A stretch of 64,000 nucleotides of DNA from Octopus vulgaris (taxonomy: Eukaryota), in assembly GCA_951406725.2 (NCBI GenBank), contig OX597815.1, positions 150,412,001 through 150,476,000 of the forward strand, read 5' to 3'. Under the pieces are notes generated by a model, which worked only from the letters and a program-made list of their open reading frames with translations, was not told where the DNA came from and did not search any database. Position 1 is the first letter of the stretch, and every line of letters begins with the position of its first letter. Below are positions 25,614 to 40,112 of the stretch, piece after piece. A program made the translations under genes and the position numbers.

Positions 25614-25949
25614 ATGTTTGTGTTTGTATTACATGGAGATATTTCTCTACTTCCCCTCCCCAAGCTTTCAGCTATATTTCAACAACTCTTAACCTTCACT
25701 TGCCCTAGGGCGCTGGGTGTGCCCCGGCAGGTGATTGCATCAAACATGCAGATTAAAAGTAAATAATAATAATAATAATAATAATAATCAAGTCATTCAA
25801 AGAAGTATTGTAACAGACAAAGAATTAGGGAAATGTGAATGCCTAAGTATATGTATGTATGAGTGTGTTTTCTGTGTTTGCATGTATGTATATATACACA
25901 TGCATACGTATATATATATATATGTACATATATACATATATATTTCTCT

Positions 25950-26485
<536 letters not shown>

Positions 26486-26545
26486 TATACATATATATAT
26501 ATACATATATATATATACATATATATATATACACACATATATGTG

Positions 26546-26638
<93 letters not shown>

Positions 26639-26925
26639 TGTTATATTATACGTATCTGTTATTCTAGTAAACTGACATACACACAGTGACAACTCGCATT
26701 AAAAAATAACTGAATATTCTGAGAAGGCATTCAGACACATTGTTAGGAAGAAGATAAAGAATCAGACAAATATTTATTACAAGACATCATCAAAGATAAG
26801 AAAACTACGCTGTTTTAATTTGATACAGCTAAACATTAACAGTGATGTATCTAGTTAGAGCAGCTAACAGGGAAATCTGCCATAGAGCTAGGTGTGTGTA
26901 TGAAAGTGTACGAAGGAGCCTTTAT

Positions 26926-26980
<55 letters not shown>

Positions 26981-27157
26981 TTTGTTTTTGTGTCTTTTGT
27001 GTGTTGTATGCGCGATGGAGTGGAGTAAGATAGGAAGTACGAATGGAAGAGAAAGACAGATAGATTGATAACCGGAACTGATAAACACAAGTAGTTACCA
27101 ACCATCTTCATTCTTTTATACACAATAAAGTCTTAAACGAATACACAAACACACACA

Positions 27158-27207
<50 letters not shown>

Positions 27208-27439
27208 AACGCGGACTTTGCTATATGTAATAAGTCTTAAACGAAAACACAAACACACACACACAAACACACACACGCACACACACAGACACACACACAT
27301 TTCTATATATATAAACGGCAAAATGTCTGTGTGTGTGTGTGAACATGTCATTTATACAAATCCACAATTTTTCAGTTAGAGGGCTCGCACTTTCTATGGT
27401 TATAGCCCATCGTATATATATACATATATATATATATAT

Positions 27440-27660
27440 GAATGTATGTATGTGTTTGTGTGTCTGTGTTTGGCCTCCCACCATCGCTTGTTGGTGTATT
27501 TACGTCACCGTGCCTTACCGGTTTGACAAAAGAGAGCCGACAAAATAAGTACTAGACTTACAAAGAATAAGCTCTTGGATTGATGTGTTCGACTAAAAGC
27601 GATGCCCCAGCATGGCATGGCAGCAGTCAAATGACTGAAACTAGTAAAAGAATAAAAGAA
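27440..27660 (+). mobile_element. SINE family A, 3' half
   Basis: Body plus tail CAGTCAAATGACTGAAACTAGTAAAAG. Confidence 0.8.
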
Positions 27661-27889
27661 TTAAAAATGCAGTAATATACAGGGTGCAGCAGAAATACCT
27701 CTTATATTTTAAACTTTCACCTATGAGTTACTAATGAATTTTCTGCAAGTGCCAATTATGAATTCATTAAGCTGATGAACAAAAACTGCAACCCTTTCTT
27801 TAAACAACAGTAAAATTAATATTCCATAAATTTTGTTTCTTTTTCCTTTTGTCAACCTTTCGAATGTAGGAGGTATTTGTACCGCACCC

Positions 27890-28305
27890 AGTACATCTGG
27901 AAGATCCTGGAAGGAACTGTTCCAAATTTTGACATTGAAAGCTACACAAATGTCATGCCATGTCGCCACAGCACAGTGCCAAAGATCCCAGCAATGCCAT
28001 CACGCTTCAGTACCTGTTATTGCAACAGCTTGGGTTTCAGGAGGCCACAGCTTTTTAATATTCCCCCGAAAGAGCGTGAAGGACCTACACAAAGTGAATG
28101 TAGGTGTTTTCAAATCAAAACTAGACCTCTTCCTGTGGAGAGTCGCAGATAAACCTGCCTCGCAGCAAGATGTGCAAAGGAGGGTAGCGTCATCAAACTC
28201 ACTTATTCACCTAATGCCACATATTAGAGGAGGCTCTCAATAATAACAGTGCAGCAAAACGGAGGTGCCCCAGCACGGCCGCAGTTCTGAGCTGAAACTA
28301 CAATA
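27890..28305 (+). mobile_element. 5'-truncated CR1-group LINE, frameshifted 3' end
   Basis: YIWKILEGTVPNFDIESYTN, FKSKLDLFL; tail GGAGGTGCCCCAGCACGGCCGCAGTTCTGAGCTGAAAC. Confidence 0.85.
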
Positions 28306-28334
28306 CATATATATATATGCGTATTTTTTTTTTT

Positions 28335-28732
28335 TAACTTGTTTCAGTCATTTGACTGTGGTCATGCTGGAGCACCGCCTTTAGTCGAGCAAATCGACCC
28401 CGGGACTTATTTTTGTAAGCCCAGTACTTATTCTATCGGTCTCTTTTGCCGAACCGCTAAGTGACGGGGACGTAAACACACCAGCATCGGTTGTCAAGCA
28501 ATGCTAGGGGGACAAACACAGACACACAAACATATACACACACACTTATATATATATATACATATATACGACAGGCTTCTTTCAGTTTCCGTCTACCAAA
28601 TCCACTCACAAGGCATTGGTCGGCAGCGGGGCTATAGCAGAAGACACTTACCCAAGATGCCACGCAGTGGGACTGAACCCGGAACCATGTGGTTGGTTAG
28701 CAAGCTACTTACCACACAGCCACTCCTGCGCC
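28335..28732 (-). mobile_element. SINE family A, full length
   Basis: Close reverse complement of 6474-6873. Confidence 0.9.
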
Positions 28733-29066
28733 TATTGTATGTTAGATTTGTATTTTACATTGAGAGAAACTACTTCCCATATTGTACGTCTATATCTATG
28801 TTGTGTTTAATGTTGTAATTATTCACAGTGAAAACTCTTTATGTTTTCATTCTAGTCTTAGGTGATTGCTTTTTATTACATTTATTTCCTTTCTTTATGT
28901 TCTTCTGCTATTTTCTCTTGTTTACATTTTCTTATCAAGAAAACTGCGAACCTTATGTGTGATTACATAAAAAAAGAGAGAAAAACACACACAGTTTTTA
29001 TTTTATTATTTCTTTCGTTTGACTTGCTGTTTTATTTTATTCTCATAGCACTGGCTCAAAAGTCGT

Positions 29067-29134
<68 letters not shown>

Positions 29135-29147
29135 GTATATTTTTATC

Positions 29148-29180
<33 letters not shown>

Positions 29181-29191
29181 ATATATATATG

Positions 29192-29223
<32 letters not shown>

Positions 29224-29759
29224 CGCATATATATATATATATATATATACATGTACATATGTATATATATATGCATTTACATATGTGTATATATATGTGT
29301 GTGTGTATACAGATATTGATGTCTATACGTGTTTTTGTTTGCGTGAGTGTGTGTTGTCTGTGTGCCTATGTGTGTATGTTTGTTTGTGTGTGTAGTTGTG
29401 TATGTGTGAATTTGTACGTCTATATGTATATGTCTTTTTGTTATTCCTTCACTGACCAGAGATCGGTTCAAAATGCCACTCTCAAGAATATATTCTTGTT
29501 TACGGAAAACCATTCTATTTATTTATTCATTCATTCTGTATATTCCGCAGAGAGATTAAGTCTTATTAGTCAAACAGCGGCTTTGCTAAGGTAGACTAAT
29601 TGATTTGTTAATCTTTGTACAGTAAAACAAATAAAATGTAAACATTTTCTCCTATCCCAAAGGAACACACCAGACTGTTTATATATGTAACCGAGGTTGG
29701 ATCAGACACTAGCACATAATGATTAAAATTTCTAAATCTAAAATTTTATCGAAGACTTT

Positions 29760-30390
29760 CCTTGTTCAGCCTCCCCTGTGAAGTCTACTCTAAGTGACAA
29801 GATAAATGAAGGGAAATTGTCGCAGAACAGTGTGCTAACCGAAGAACATTGTGACTTCGTCTTGGACGCAACACAACCGATACAACCGACCAGATTTGTA
29901 GACCTCGAAAACGCATATGATTTCCTGCCGTGGGACATGTTGTGCTGTGTTTTGAAGTAGTTTGAGATTAATAAACAACTTTTGGTGTTGTAAAGTCCCT
30001 CCTTTCAGAATACCCAAATGTTCGTGTTCGGATGAATGTGCTAAGTCAAAAGGACTTAAGCAGCAGGGCATATTTTCACCTTTGATTTTCATATGTATAT
30101 TTTTTCTTTGTGTGTGTGTGTGTGTGTGAATTTTATTGATGCGCACAGCCATTGTGGATGTGTTATGGGATCGGTCGGCTGATATTTCCAGAGATAAGCG
30201 TACAACTTAACTCGTTAGAAGTGGATCTTTAGCATTTTGTGAATGGGTTCACTGCAGAATGCTGCAAGACAGGAATGAGAATTAGAGTTGCAAAAACTCG
30301 TACATTAACCCCACTCAAGAAAATTTTCCCAGGGCACTCTGCATAATAGTGGAACATCACGGAGACAAGTGGAGATATTGAAGTACCTAA
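29760..30390 (+). pseudogene. Decayed LINE reverse transcriptase fragment (RTE-like)
   Basis: FVDLENAYDFLP, then GLKQQGIFSPLIF-like and GMRI..AKT-like motifs in broken frames. Confidence 0.6.
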
Positions 30391-30626
30391 AATGACAGAA
30401 CGCATGGGCTTTCTACTCGTTGATTATCAAACAAAAAACAGTAAGCAAATCTTCAAATCATATCCTATCTAACGTATTAAGAAAGAAAATGTTAGTTAAA
30501 ATATACTCAAATTTTTACTGTTTTGGAAACGACATGATTGTTAATTTTATATTTTCTTATAATTATGTAGGTCAAGATTATCTTCATAGAAAAATGACCT
30601 TCTTCCTGCGTACCGAAAAAGACATC

Positions 30627-30781
30627 TGCGTGACTGTGTGGTAAGAGGCTTGTTTCCCAACCACATGGTTCCGGGTTTAGTCCCACTGCGTAGCACCCTC
30701 GACAAGTGGAGTGGCACTTCAGACCGACCAATGCCTTGTGAGTGTATTTGGTAGAGAGAAACAGAAAGAAGCCCGTCGTAT

Positions 30782-30833
<52 letters not shown>

Positions 30834-31060
30834 GTGTGTGTGTGTATGTGCGTTGCCTGCGTGTTGTCTATGCGTGTGTGTTGTATATGTGTGTGCTTGT
30901 GTTCGTGTGTTTTCTCCCACTACCGTTTGAGAATTGTTGTTGGTGTGGTTATGTATCTGTGCATTAGCGGTTTGCTTAAAGGGAACAATAAAGTTAATAC
31001 CACTTCCTCAAGGCGGTGCCCCACCTTGGCCCTGGTCGAAGAACTGAAACAAGTAAAAAG
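30627..31060 (+). mobile_element. SINE family A, diverged
   Basis: Head, body and tail AAGGCGGTGCCCC...ACTGAAACAAGTAAAAAG. Confidence 0.75.
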
Positions 31061-31109
31061 AAAAATCAGAGGAAGCTTCTATGTAGGTTGATTGAAAGGC
31101 TATGTGAAG

Positions 31110-31405
31110 ACACATGACCTAATGGTTAGAGCAGCGAACGCGCTGGAGGGCTCGCCCGTTCGAATCTCAGATCGGGCGATGTGTTTGTTTATGAGCGAAC
31201 CACCAAAGCTCCACGCAGCTCCGGCAGAAGGTAAGGGTGAACTTCTGCTAACTCTTTCGCTACAACTTTCTCTCACTCTTTCCTCCTGTATGTGGCATAT
31301 TACCTGCGACGGACCGGCGTCCCATCCAGGTGGGGAACTTATACGCCAATGAAACCGGGAAACTGGCCCTTATGAGCCAGGCATGGCTAGAAAAGGAACA
31401 AATGA
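31110..31405 (+). mobile_element. tRNA-derived SINE, family B
   Basis: A-box-like TGACCTAATGG and B-box-like GTTCGAATCTC; tail CGCCAATGAAACCGGGAAAC...GCATGGCT shared with 55730-55990. Confidence 0.75.
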
Positions 31406-31999
31406 CAGCAAGACGTCATGCTTTAGACATATTTCTGACTGTGTGCAATTATGTCGCCACCGGAAACATCTATAACGAAAGAGTTTATATACTGGTCGAC
31501 AGATTAACAAATCACATCCTGGCCAACACGTTAAGAAAGAATGCACAAATCAGTTAATGCAGTTTGGTATACAGTATGTCAAAAGCAAGTGGCTGTAGCT
31601 ATATTTTTAACTGCATATAGTAATGTTATTCATAAGGAGCGTTTAGATAAAAAAAGGAAGAGATTTATGCTGGTCGGTCGACAGGCAGGAAATAGTAATC
31701 GGATTCCACACTAATCACATTCTCCCTGTCTTCTTAAATATGAAGGGTATATTGCTTAATATGGTCCGGATTATAGTATCTCTGAAAAACATATGGTGGT
31801 TATTGGACTGGTTCATCTTGGTTGAAAGGGATCTAAATATCAACAGAAACTGTATTATTAGAATTTTGAAATTAATATTCATTCTTTGACAACTGACTAT
31901 GTAATCCGTGTTACCACTTAGGTAAGTGACAAAGAAGTAGAGCCGTAAGAGAATATGCTGTCAATAATTTTAAAGTTTCTGAACGTCTTAGAGTGGTGT

Positions 32000-32720
32000 G
32001 AGAACCTTGCAAGTAATCTTAATCTGTTTAAGTATTATAGAGTAAATCTGAGCCCAGCAAGACCGTTTTACAATATTTGAACAGTAAAAGCAGACCTGAT
32101 ATTCTGAATCTGGTATGGATGTAGTTTATTTTGCATAACTCTTAACATATTGTGCATAATTGCTCGATTAGCCGTGGATGCCATCAAAGTTTAATACGAT
32201 ATGCACATGGGAGCTGATATGCTTGCATAAGGCATTAACAGTCCATCATAATAGAACATTCACACTTGCTCATGTTGTCAAGGAAACTTTCCTCGTTGAA
32301 TAAGATATCCACTTGCGGACGGATACATCTTTAACAAGCATTCACATGTAGCCTCTTATTAGATCAAGAATTCCTATTTGGCTTCAAAACTGCTCAAATC
32401 GCTTGAAGACATTTGTCATGGAAGTCCTTATTGGGTTGAATTGATTTTCAAATCTGCATGACTAATAACATGGAAAATATTTGGTGTATGTTAAAAGAAA
32501 GATTCATTAATACTACAATGCTCACACTTCTTAAAACATTGAGCTCTCATTCTCCAGTATTGTGCAAAAATATTTTTCTGCCTCCTACGACGCAGGATAC
32601 ACGCAAATAGTACCCCTACAAATATATGATCAGCAAAAAGAGGCATGTCTCGGCTGCAAGATAAGGGATTAATGTCGATACTTATGACTAAACAAAATTA
32701 ACATTCACAAAAGTTTTTCG
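32000..32720 (+). pseudogene. Possible highly decayed Tc1-like transposase remnant
   Basis: AATAACATGGAAAATATTTGGTGTATGTTAAAAGAA (NNMENIWCMLKE) resembles NPIENLWxxLK; boundaries uncertain. Confidence 0.35.
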
Positions 32721-32844
32721 TTTTATATATATATATATATATGACGGCTGCAGAAAAGCATTAAAGCTCTCCTTAGATCAGATCGGGAGTGAGGCTCGTT
32801 AGGCCATTCCTGTGTTGAGGTCTCTTTTAGCCAGATCTGAGTCC

Positions 32845-33030
32845 AGCTCTTATTAAACCAGCTCCGGTGTAATGTCTCATTTGGCCAGCTTTGCATTGAG
32901 CCAGCTCCACGTTGAGCTCTCATTACTCTAGCTTGTTGACCTCTTATTAAACCAGTTCTATGTGAAGCCCTCAATATACAAGCTTCACGTTGAGCTCTGA
33001 TCAGCATAGCTCCAGGCTGAGCTTTCATTC
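32845..33030. repeat. Degenerate 27-bp minisatellite (ATTAAACCAGCTCCACGTTGAGCTCTC-like)
   Basis: About 6-7 diverged units, with further units near 33300-33350. Confidence 0.6.
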
Positions 33031-33619
33031 ACCAATAATCCAGAAAGATAGTTTGCTGTCAACTTAACATACTCCGTTCACATTTATCGTACATCTTCCA
33101 AATTAGCTGTGCTAGATCATCAGGTGTTCAATGTTACTGCGATGAAAATAAGCAGAAATATATAACGTCCAACTCGAAGCACATACAACTAGGAAGACAT
33201 GTTCTTAACACAGAATGCTTAGGACTAACTACACGCTAAACGACCTAGCTTTAATATACTTCCGATATAGAAAAGAATTGAATACAAAGGTCAATGCCAT
33301 GTTGAGCTTCCATTAAACCAGCTCCACCTGAGAGGAGACTCTTATAAACTCAACTTCATATTCTGATCTCAATCTCCATTGATCTTCCTACTATGATGTA
33401 TGTTACACATCAATTGCATTCTTTTCAATTAGTAGCACTGAATTAACATGTATATGCATAGACATGCACTCATATATTTCCATATACATACGAATATAAG
33501 TATATACATTCGTTTATTCTTTTATTCTTTTACTTGTTTCAGTCAATTGACTGCGGCCATGCTGGGGCACCGCCTTTAGTCGAACAAATCAACCGCCGCA
33601 CTTATTCCTACGTTTGAGG

Positions 33620-34060
33620 TCAGCAATAGTTGCTGGACCTCGAGCACCAACACAACAACTAAGTCATTTTTTAGATATACTCCTAAAACCCTTGTGCTAT
33701 TTAATACCCAGTTATGTATGGGATGGCATAGATTTCCTCAAACACATCCCTCCCACTATCGAAGAAGGTACTCACAAGTTCTGATGTCATCAATCTCTAT
33801 AGTCATATACCTCACACTTCAGGCCTAGAGGTAATCAAACACTTGGTAGAGAAACATAGCGGACGGATAAATGAACGCTTCAAGATTGACTTCATCACCA
33901 AGGCTACACGCCTAGTACTAGAAGAAAATACCTTTATATTCGACAATAAAACATATCGGCAGATAAAGGGCACGGCTATGTGTACGCAGTTTGCGCCCTC
34001 ATATGTAAACTTAGTTATAGGATACTTGGAAGAAAAATTTTATGAGGAAGTAGAAAAACC
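33620..34060 (+). pseudogene. Penelope-like element reverse transcriptase fragment
   Basis: LTSSDVINLY, then NTFIFDNKTYRQIKGTAMCTQFAPSYVNL, the PLE RT motif YxQxxGxAMG..AP. Confidence 0.85.
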
Positions 34061-34062
34061 CC

Positions 34063-34104
<42 letters not shown>

Positions 34105-34111
<7 letters not shown>

Positions 34112-34631
34112 TTTATATATAGAGGGCATTATACATACATGCCAGAGGGCATTATACATACATGCCACACGCTAAGAGGGACAATTAGTCATTTCTACCA
34201 AAAATTTTACTAATCCCACCGAAAGCAATTTTTCAAAGTAAGACATTTAAAAATATAGACTTGTATCACTGTGATTTCATACCTCTGTATTCATCAGCAA
34301 GCCTGGACGTATCATAAATAAACGACCCTGCCTCGCTTAAGCCGAGCAGCTAACTGGTCAACATCAACGAAGCACATGGGTGAGTTTACATATATTACAT
34401 CCGGTAAATGGCAGACTTTTACGAATTGCATTTCGGGAAAGGAAAAGTTTTTTCGGAATAAAAATTTTACTAATTTTACTAATTTTACTAAAAATTTTAC
34501 TAATCCCACCGAAATGGTGGGATTAGTAAAATTTTTGGTAGAAATGACTAATTGTCCCTCTTAGCGTGTGGCATGTATGTATAATGCCCTCTGGCATGTA
34601 TGTATAATGCCCTCTATATATAAATTAATAT
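34105..34631. mobile_element. Non-autonomous element with ~116-bp terminal inverted repeats and an internal hammerhead
   Basis: 34105-34220 is the reverse complement of 34516-34631, including a 23-bp duplication in each arm. Confidence 0.8.
34258..34303 (-). ncRNA. Minimal type I hammerhead ribozyme motif
   Basis: Minus strand: GGCUUG-CUGAUGA-AUAC-AGAG-GUAU-GAAA-UCACAGUGA-UA-CAAGUC; all three stems pair. Confidence 0.85.
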
Positions 34632-34752
34632 GTTCAATAAGAAATAATTATTTTCGAAATTTTTCTCTTATGAGGTCTTTCACGCTATCTACCTGACAAT
34701 TTCTTGTTAAGTTTTCCTTATTAAGTAGTTGTCCTTAATTGCTAAATTTTTA

Positions 34753-34822
<70 letters not shown>

Positions 34823-34825
34823 ATC

Positions 34826-35150
34826 GAGTTAGAAAACAGAGAGATCTAATGGATACAAATTAATTCATTAATTAATTAACATATTCATCAACAACTGTTT
34901 CAATATAATTAAAATTACAAAACATATATAGATGTGTAATTTTGAATTTTAAATACCTTGCATGGAAAATCATCAGGGTGTGCAGAGGACAATTTAATCC
35001 TTATTGCCCTCTGCACACCCTGATTATTTTCCATACAAAGTATTTAAAATGCAAAGTTATGTATTTATATGTTTAGTAATTTTAATTTTGTTTGTGAAAT
35101 GAAACAATTGTTGGTGAATATGTTGATTAATAAATAGATTCTCTCTGGTT
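34826..35150. mobile_element. Fold-back element with a degenerate hammerhead in each arm
   Basis: Imperfect inverted repeat centred near 35000; CACC-CUGAUGA/CUGAUUA...GAAAC-NNNN-GUU-G(G/A)UG. Confidence 0.6.
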
Positions 35151-35193
35151 AGATAGATAGACGGACAGACAGGCAGACAGACAGACAGACAGC

Positions 35194-35289
<96 letters not shown>

Positions 35290-36198
35290 ACTTCTAAACT
35301 GATGGTAGTGTTAGGATATTTGGCATTATGCTGTCTCAATGTCAAAATCTGTGTAAACTCCTTCCAGGATATTCCAGGTATATATCACTGCATGGCTTTC
35401 CCACCTTCGTTCTATCTTGACTTTTGCAACCTCTTCCAGTAGCTGATATGTTTCACTGAGACGCTCTTCTTTCTCTAGCTTCGCTGGATTGCCGATAATA
35501 ACCTACACGAAGCATATCTCAATAAAAAGATACGTTGTTAACGCGGCTGCTTAGGAGTAAAACTGCACACTAAACAAACGGAACATTTACACTGGTTTTA
35601 TTATACCTCGGATACAGAAAAGAATTAAATATAGAGGCTTGCTCGCGGTTTAAAAAAAGAAAAAAAAACAGAGAATTTTAATGTCAGCCAAGTGTCTGAT
35701 TCTTATATCTTTAATGCCTATTAATACTGACAATGTGATTTAGTTTTTTACTTCACACATGGGACATCGGTGAGGTCGAAATTTATTGAAGATCAAATTG
35801 TCTTAATGTGTTTAATCAAAAGACTTGTGTCTCCATGGAAGAAGAATGCAATCACAAACGCACGTATAGACACAATGAAGAAACAACACGGACATAGATG
35901 TCTCTTGCTTTGTCCTTTATTGACTTTAACTTAAACCACTCTCTCTGTCTTTCTCTCTCTCTATCTCACTATCTCTTTCTGTCTCACTCTATCTCTCTTT
36001 CTCTCACACACTCACACGTCTAGTTCGTGTACATTTTGCTATTTTTTCTTCATTTCATATTGGCATATATGCATACACACGCATTACATTGATTGATATA
36101 TATATGTGTGTATGTGTGTGTGTGTATATTATGTGTATATGTATGTATATATAAGTACTTGTATACATATATACACACACGCAGATATATATGTCAAT

Positions 36199-36245
<47 letters not shown>

Positions 36246-36370
36246 TAAATGTATATATATACATATATATATATGATACATATACACATATAGATATGAT
36301 TTATATATATATATACACGCACACATATATATATATCTATGTGTGTGTGTGTGTATACATACACACATAC

Positions 36371-36420
<50 letters not shown>

Positions 36421-36559
36421 GCAGACAGATAGACATAGACAGAGACTGATAGATAGACATACACACACACGCACAAATATATATGTATGTATATATATAT
36501 ATATACACACATATATATATATATACACCTATACACACACACATATATATATATATGTG

Positions 36560-36619
<60 letters not shown>

Positions 36620-36950
36620 CATATGCACACAAATATACATTGCAATGTACCTTGGTAGCTTCAAAGGAACGCAGATATATTTACAAGTGTATTATCTATG
36701 TGAAATGAATATATGTGTGCGTATGTATCAGTGTATGTGAGCGTGTGTGTGTATGTATGTACGCTGTTTAAAGATTAAATTTATCGATTCTTTACCTCAT
36801 TTGACTGGAATAAAATATAAAATGCTTTTCTTCCTAAATTCAATATTTGCTCTATTAACCCTTTATTTGGAAGGCAAAAATAGAGCAGAGTGCGCGTTTT
36901 GAAATGTCTGATACTAGCAAAAATATATGTTTATCTTAATACGAGCGTTG

Positions 36951-37001
<51 letters not shown>

Positions 37002-37014
37002 TATATTTCTTTTC

Positions 37015-37540
37015 TTGTTTCTTTTATTTGTTCAAGTCATTTGATTGCGGCTATACTGGAGCACCGCCTTCAGTACTTATCTTTTGGAGAATCGCTAAGT
37101 TACGGTGACGTAAACACACCAGCATCGGTTGTCAAGCGTTGTTGGAGGACAATAACAGACATACAACACCCCCCGCCCATAATATCTATACGACGGGCTT
37201 CTTTCAGTTTTCGTCTAAACAATTCCACTCATAAGGGTTTGGTCGGCCCGAGACTATAGTAGATGACACTAGCCCAAGGTGTCACACCGTGGGATTGAAC
37301 CCCAAACCATGTTGTAGGTAAGCAAGCTATTTACCACACAGCCACTCCTACGCCTACATATGTATGTACACAACGGGTGACGGGCTTCTTTCAGTTTTCG
37401 TCTACCAAATTCACTTACAAGGCTTTGGTCGGCTCGAGGCTATAGTAGAAGTCCCTTGACCAAGGTGTCACTCAGTGGGACTGAACCTAGAACCATGTGG
37501 CTGGAAGGCAAGCTACTTACTACACAGCTACACCTGGGCC
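37015..37540 (-). mobile_element. SINE family A, one full diverged copy plus a second 5' half
   Basis: Two successive heads, ending near 37355 and 37540. Confidence 0.75.
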
Positions 37541-38271
37541 TACATGTGTATCAGCTACATAACTAACACATGCACATACACACGTATACTCCTGCATAAA
37601 AAGAATCAAACTTGCTTTCCTAGCTGTTGGCTCGTTAGAACGGTTTCCCGGGTTCTGTGGGGTATATATTTACCCCTGTCCCCTCTCTGACCGTGACAAG
37701 ATACCGACCCATCTTAGGATTACTTATTGTTGCCGCGTGAGTGAAGTGCAGCAACGTGAAACGAGTGTTTTCCTCAAGAACTCCGTGCATCACCAGGCCC
37801 AGGATTCGAAACCGCTATGTTATGATCATGGGTTTTATACCCTATATGCTAAGCCACGCACCGACGTATGCGTATATATATATATATACATGAATATTTT
37901 TTGACTTGTTTGGGTCATTAGTCTGCGGCCATACTGGGGACCACCTTGTCGTTTTAGTCGAATGAATCGACCCTATTACAAGATTTCGTCTTAAACCTGG
38001 TACTTGTTCTATCGTTCTCTTTTGTGTGAGTGAAATGCAAACACACCAACACCGGTTGTGAAGCGGTACAATCACAGGCAGAAACACACACACATATACA
38101 TGCATATGTGTGTGCGTGTGTATACACATACATACATTATTTTATTCTTTTATTTGTTTCAGTTATTTGGTTGCAGCTATGCTGCGGTCGAACATATATA
38201 TATATAGCAAATTTACAGCAGTTCGATTCCAGGCAGTGGCCTGAACAAGAAGAAGAACAACAACAACAACT

Positions 38272-38394
<123 letters not shown>

Positions 38395-38424
38395 GTAATA
38401 ATAATAATAATAGTAATAATAAAT

Positions 38425-38978
38425 GTCCTGATGCAGTACCAGGAAGTGGCTCTCATGGCTGCTGATCTAAACTGATTGAAAGTGTTATCATGTACATTGT
38501 TTTGTCTTGGTATAAAAGATGGACTACGGCAAATATTTTGCTCAATACCACAGATTTGCTTGTCAGTTGTTTGACTGTAGCCAGTTGAGCATGTCCCTTA
38601 GTGGCTGACGATATGTGCATCTCTGATCATGAGCAAAAGTAGTTGGGGAGCATCATAGCCGTGTGCTGAAAGAAATTCTTGAAGGTTTGGATTGTTCACC
38701 TTTGGAAACATGGGTGGTTCGTTCAACATAATTAAACAAACCTTATTCAGGGACCTTTTTAGTGGGATGAGCTACTCGACCAGAAGAAAATTCTAACTAG
38801 GCCCCCACCTCCAAGGTTATGCGCTGTTTATCTTGATATGAGATCACCATGTCGCGCACATATGGTTGTGATGCATGTGCCTGGTGTACCCTTATCGGAC
38901 GGGTAGTCATGGTGGGTATACTGGGCTTCGTATATTTTACGCCAGTGTCACTTTGATGGCATGCACTGCTCTCTCACT
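38425..38978 (+). mobile_element. ~555-bp non-coding insertion within an (AAT)n tract
   Basis: Complex sequence bounded on both sides by (AAT)n; strand is a guess. Confidence 0.5.
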
Positions 38979-38979
38979 C

Positions 38980-39017
<38 letters not shown>

Positions 39018-39029
39018 TAATAATAATAA

Positions 39030-39116
<87 letters not shown>

Positions 39117-40112
39117 CAACAACAACATAAAAAAACACCTTAGGTTCGAAATTTCCCCCAAGACACCAGATGAAGGCTGGATGGTATATCAGCCGAAACC
39201 TCTGATGACAACAACCAAGATGAGGACAAATATCCGTCAAATGTAAATAATATAAATAATTCCTTATCTCTTAAATATAGGACTATTAAAACTTAATATT
39301 AAATATTAACCTTAGTTTTTACACTACAAATCTCAAACCTTTTCAGTGCTAGTGGGATATCTATTTCTAGCGTTATCATAACTAGATAATCCTAGGTCTC
39401 CCCTCCAAGAAAAATTGACCACCCACTACAGATGACGCCTATTTTCCTTTTTATGGCTGCTTTATTACCTACATATATCGCCTCCCATTGGTGCCCAGCC
39501 TTGTAGGACTGATATCTGCTCCATTTCTCCCTTATCTATCCGTCTTAACGGTTGCTCCCCTAATTTCGTTGGATAGGAAACCCCTCACTCGTTTTTACAC
39601 TCACTCCCTCTAATTTCCCTGGACAAGAATACCCCTCACTATACTGAATAGTATACATCTAGTAGAAAGATCTTGTCTACCTATCTTTCTCACACCAGAA
39701 TATTTGTCCAGCTTTATAACTGGACATTTTCCCGCGCTACAGAGTACTATCTAACCACAGTACTATCTGACCATTTTTTCTCATCACGTATTTACCTAAG
39801 GAATACCAGAGCTAACTGGATTTGATTGGACCTCTCCTCCCACTTGGACATACTCTTAAACATTCTTCCACTATCTTTCCTATATCTCACCGATGACGGT
39901 ATACCTAACTTATCGCGCGACACGATGTTCTAATAGCTAGGAATATCCCAGACACAGCTGCCAGAGATTATATTTTATCGTTCGTTATGTAACTAAATGA
40001 AATGAAAGTAAATGTTCTTGTCAAATTTTGCCTATTTTTTTTACTTTAACCTTTTTTCTCTCTCTCCCTCTCTTTCTATGTATACACACGCATGAACACA
40101 CACACAGACATA

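Larger units (their letters stand above)
21113..25761 (+). mobile_element. R4/Dong-like RLE non-LTR retrotransposon, apparently full length, inserted in (TAA)n
   Basis: RT plus CCHC and restriction-like endonuclease ORF; (AAT)n on both sides (21034-21113 and 25762-25788). Confidence 0.9.
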
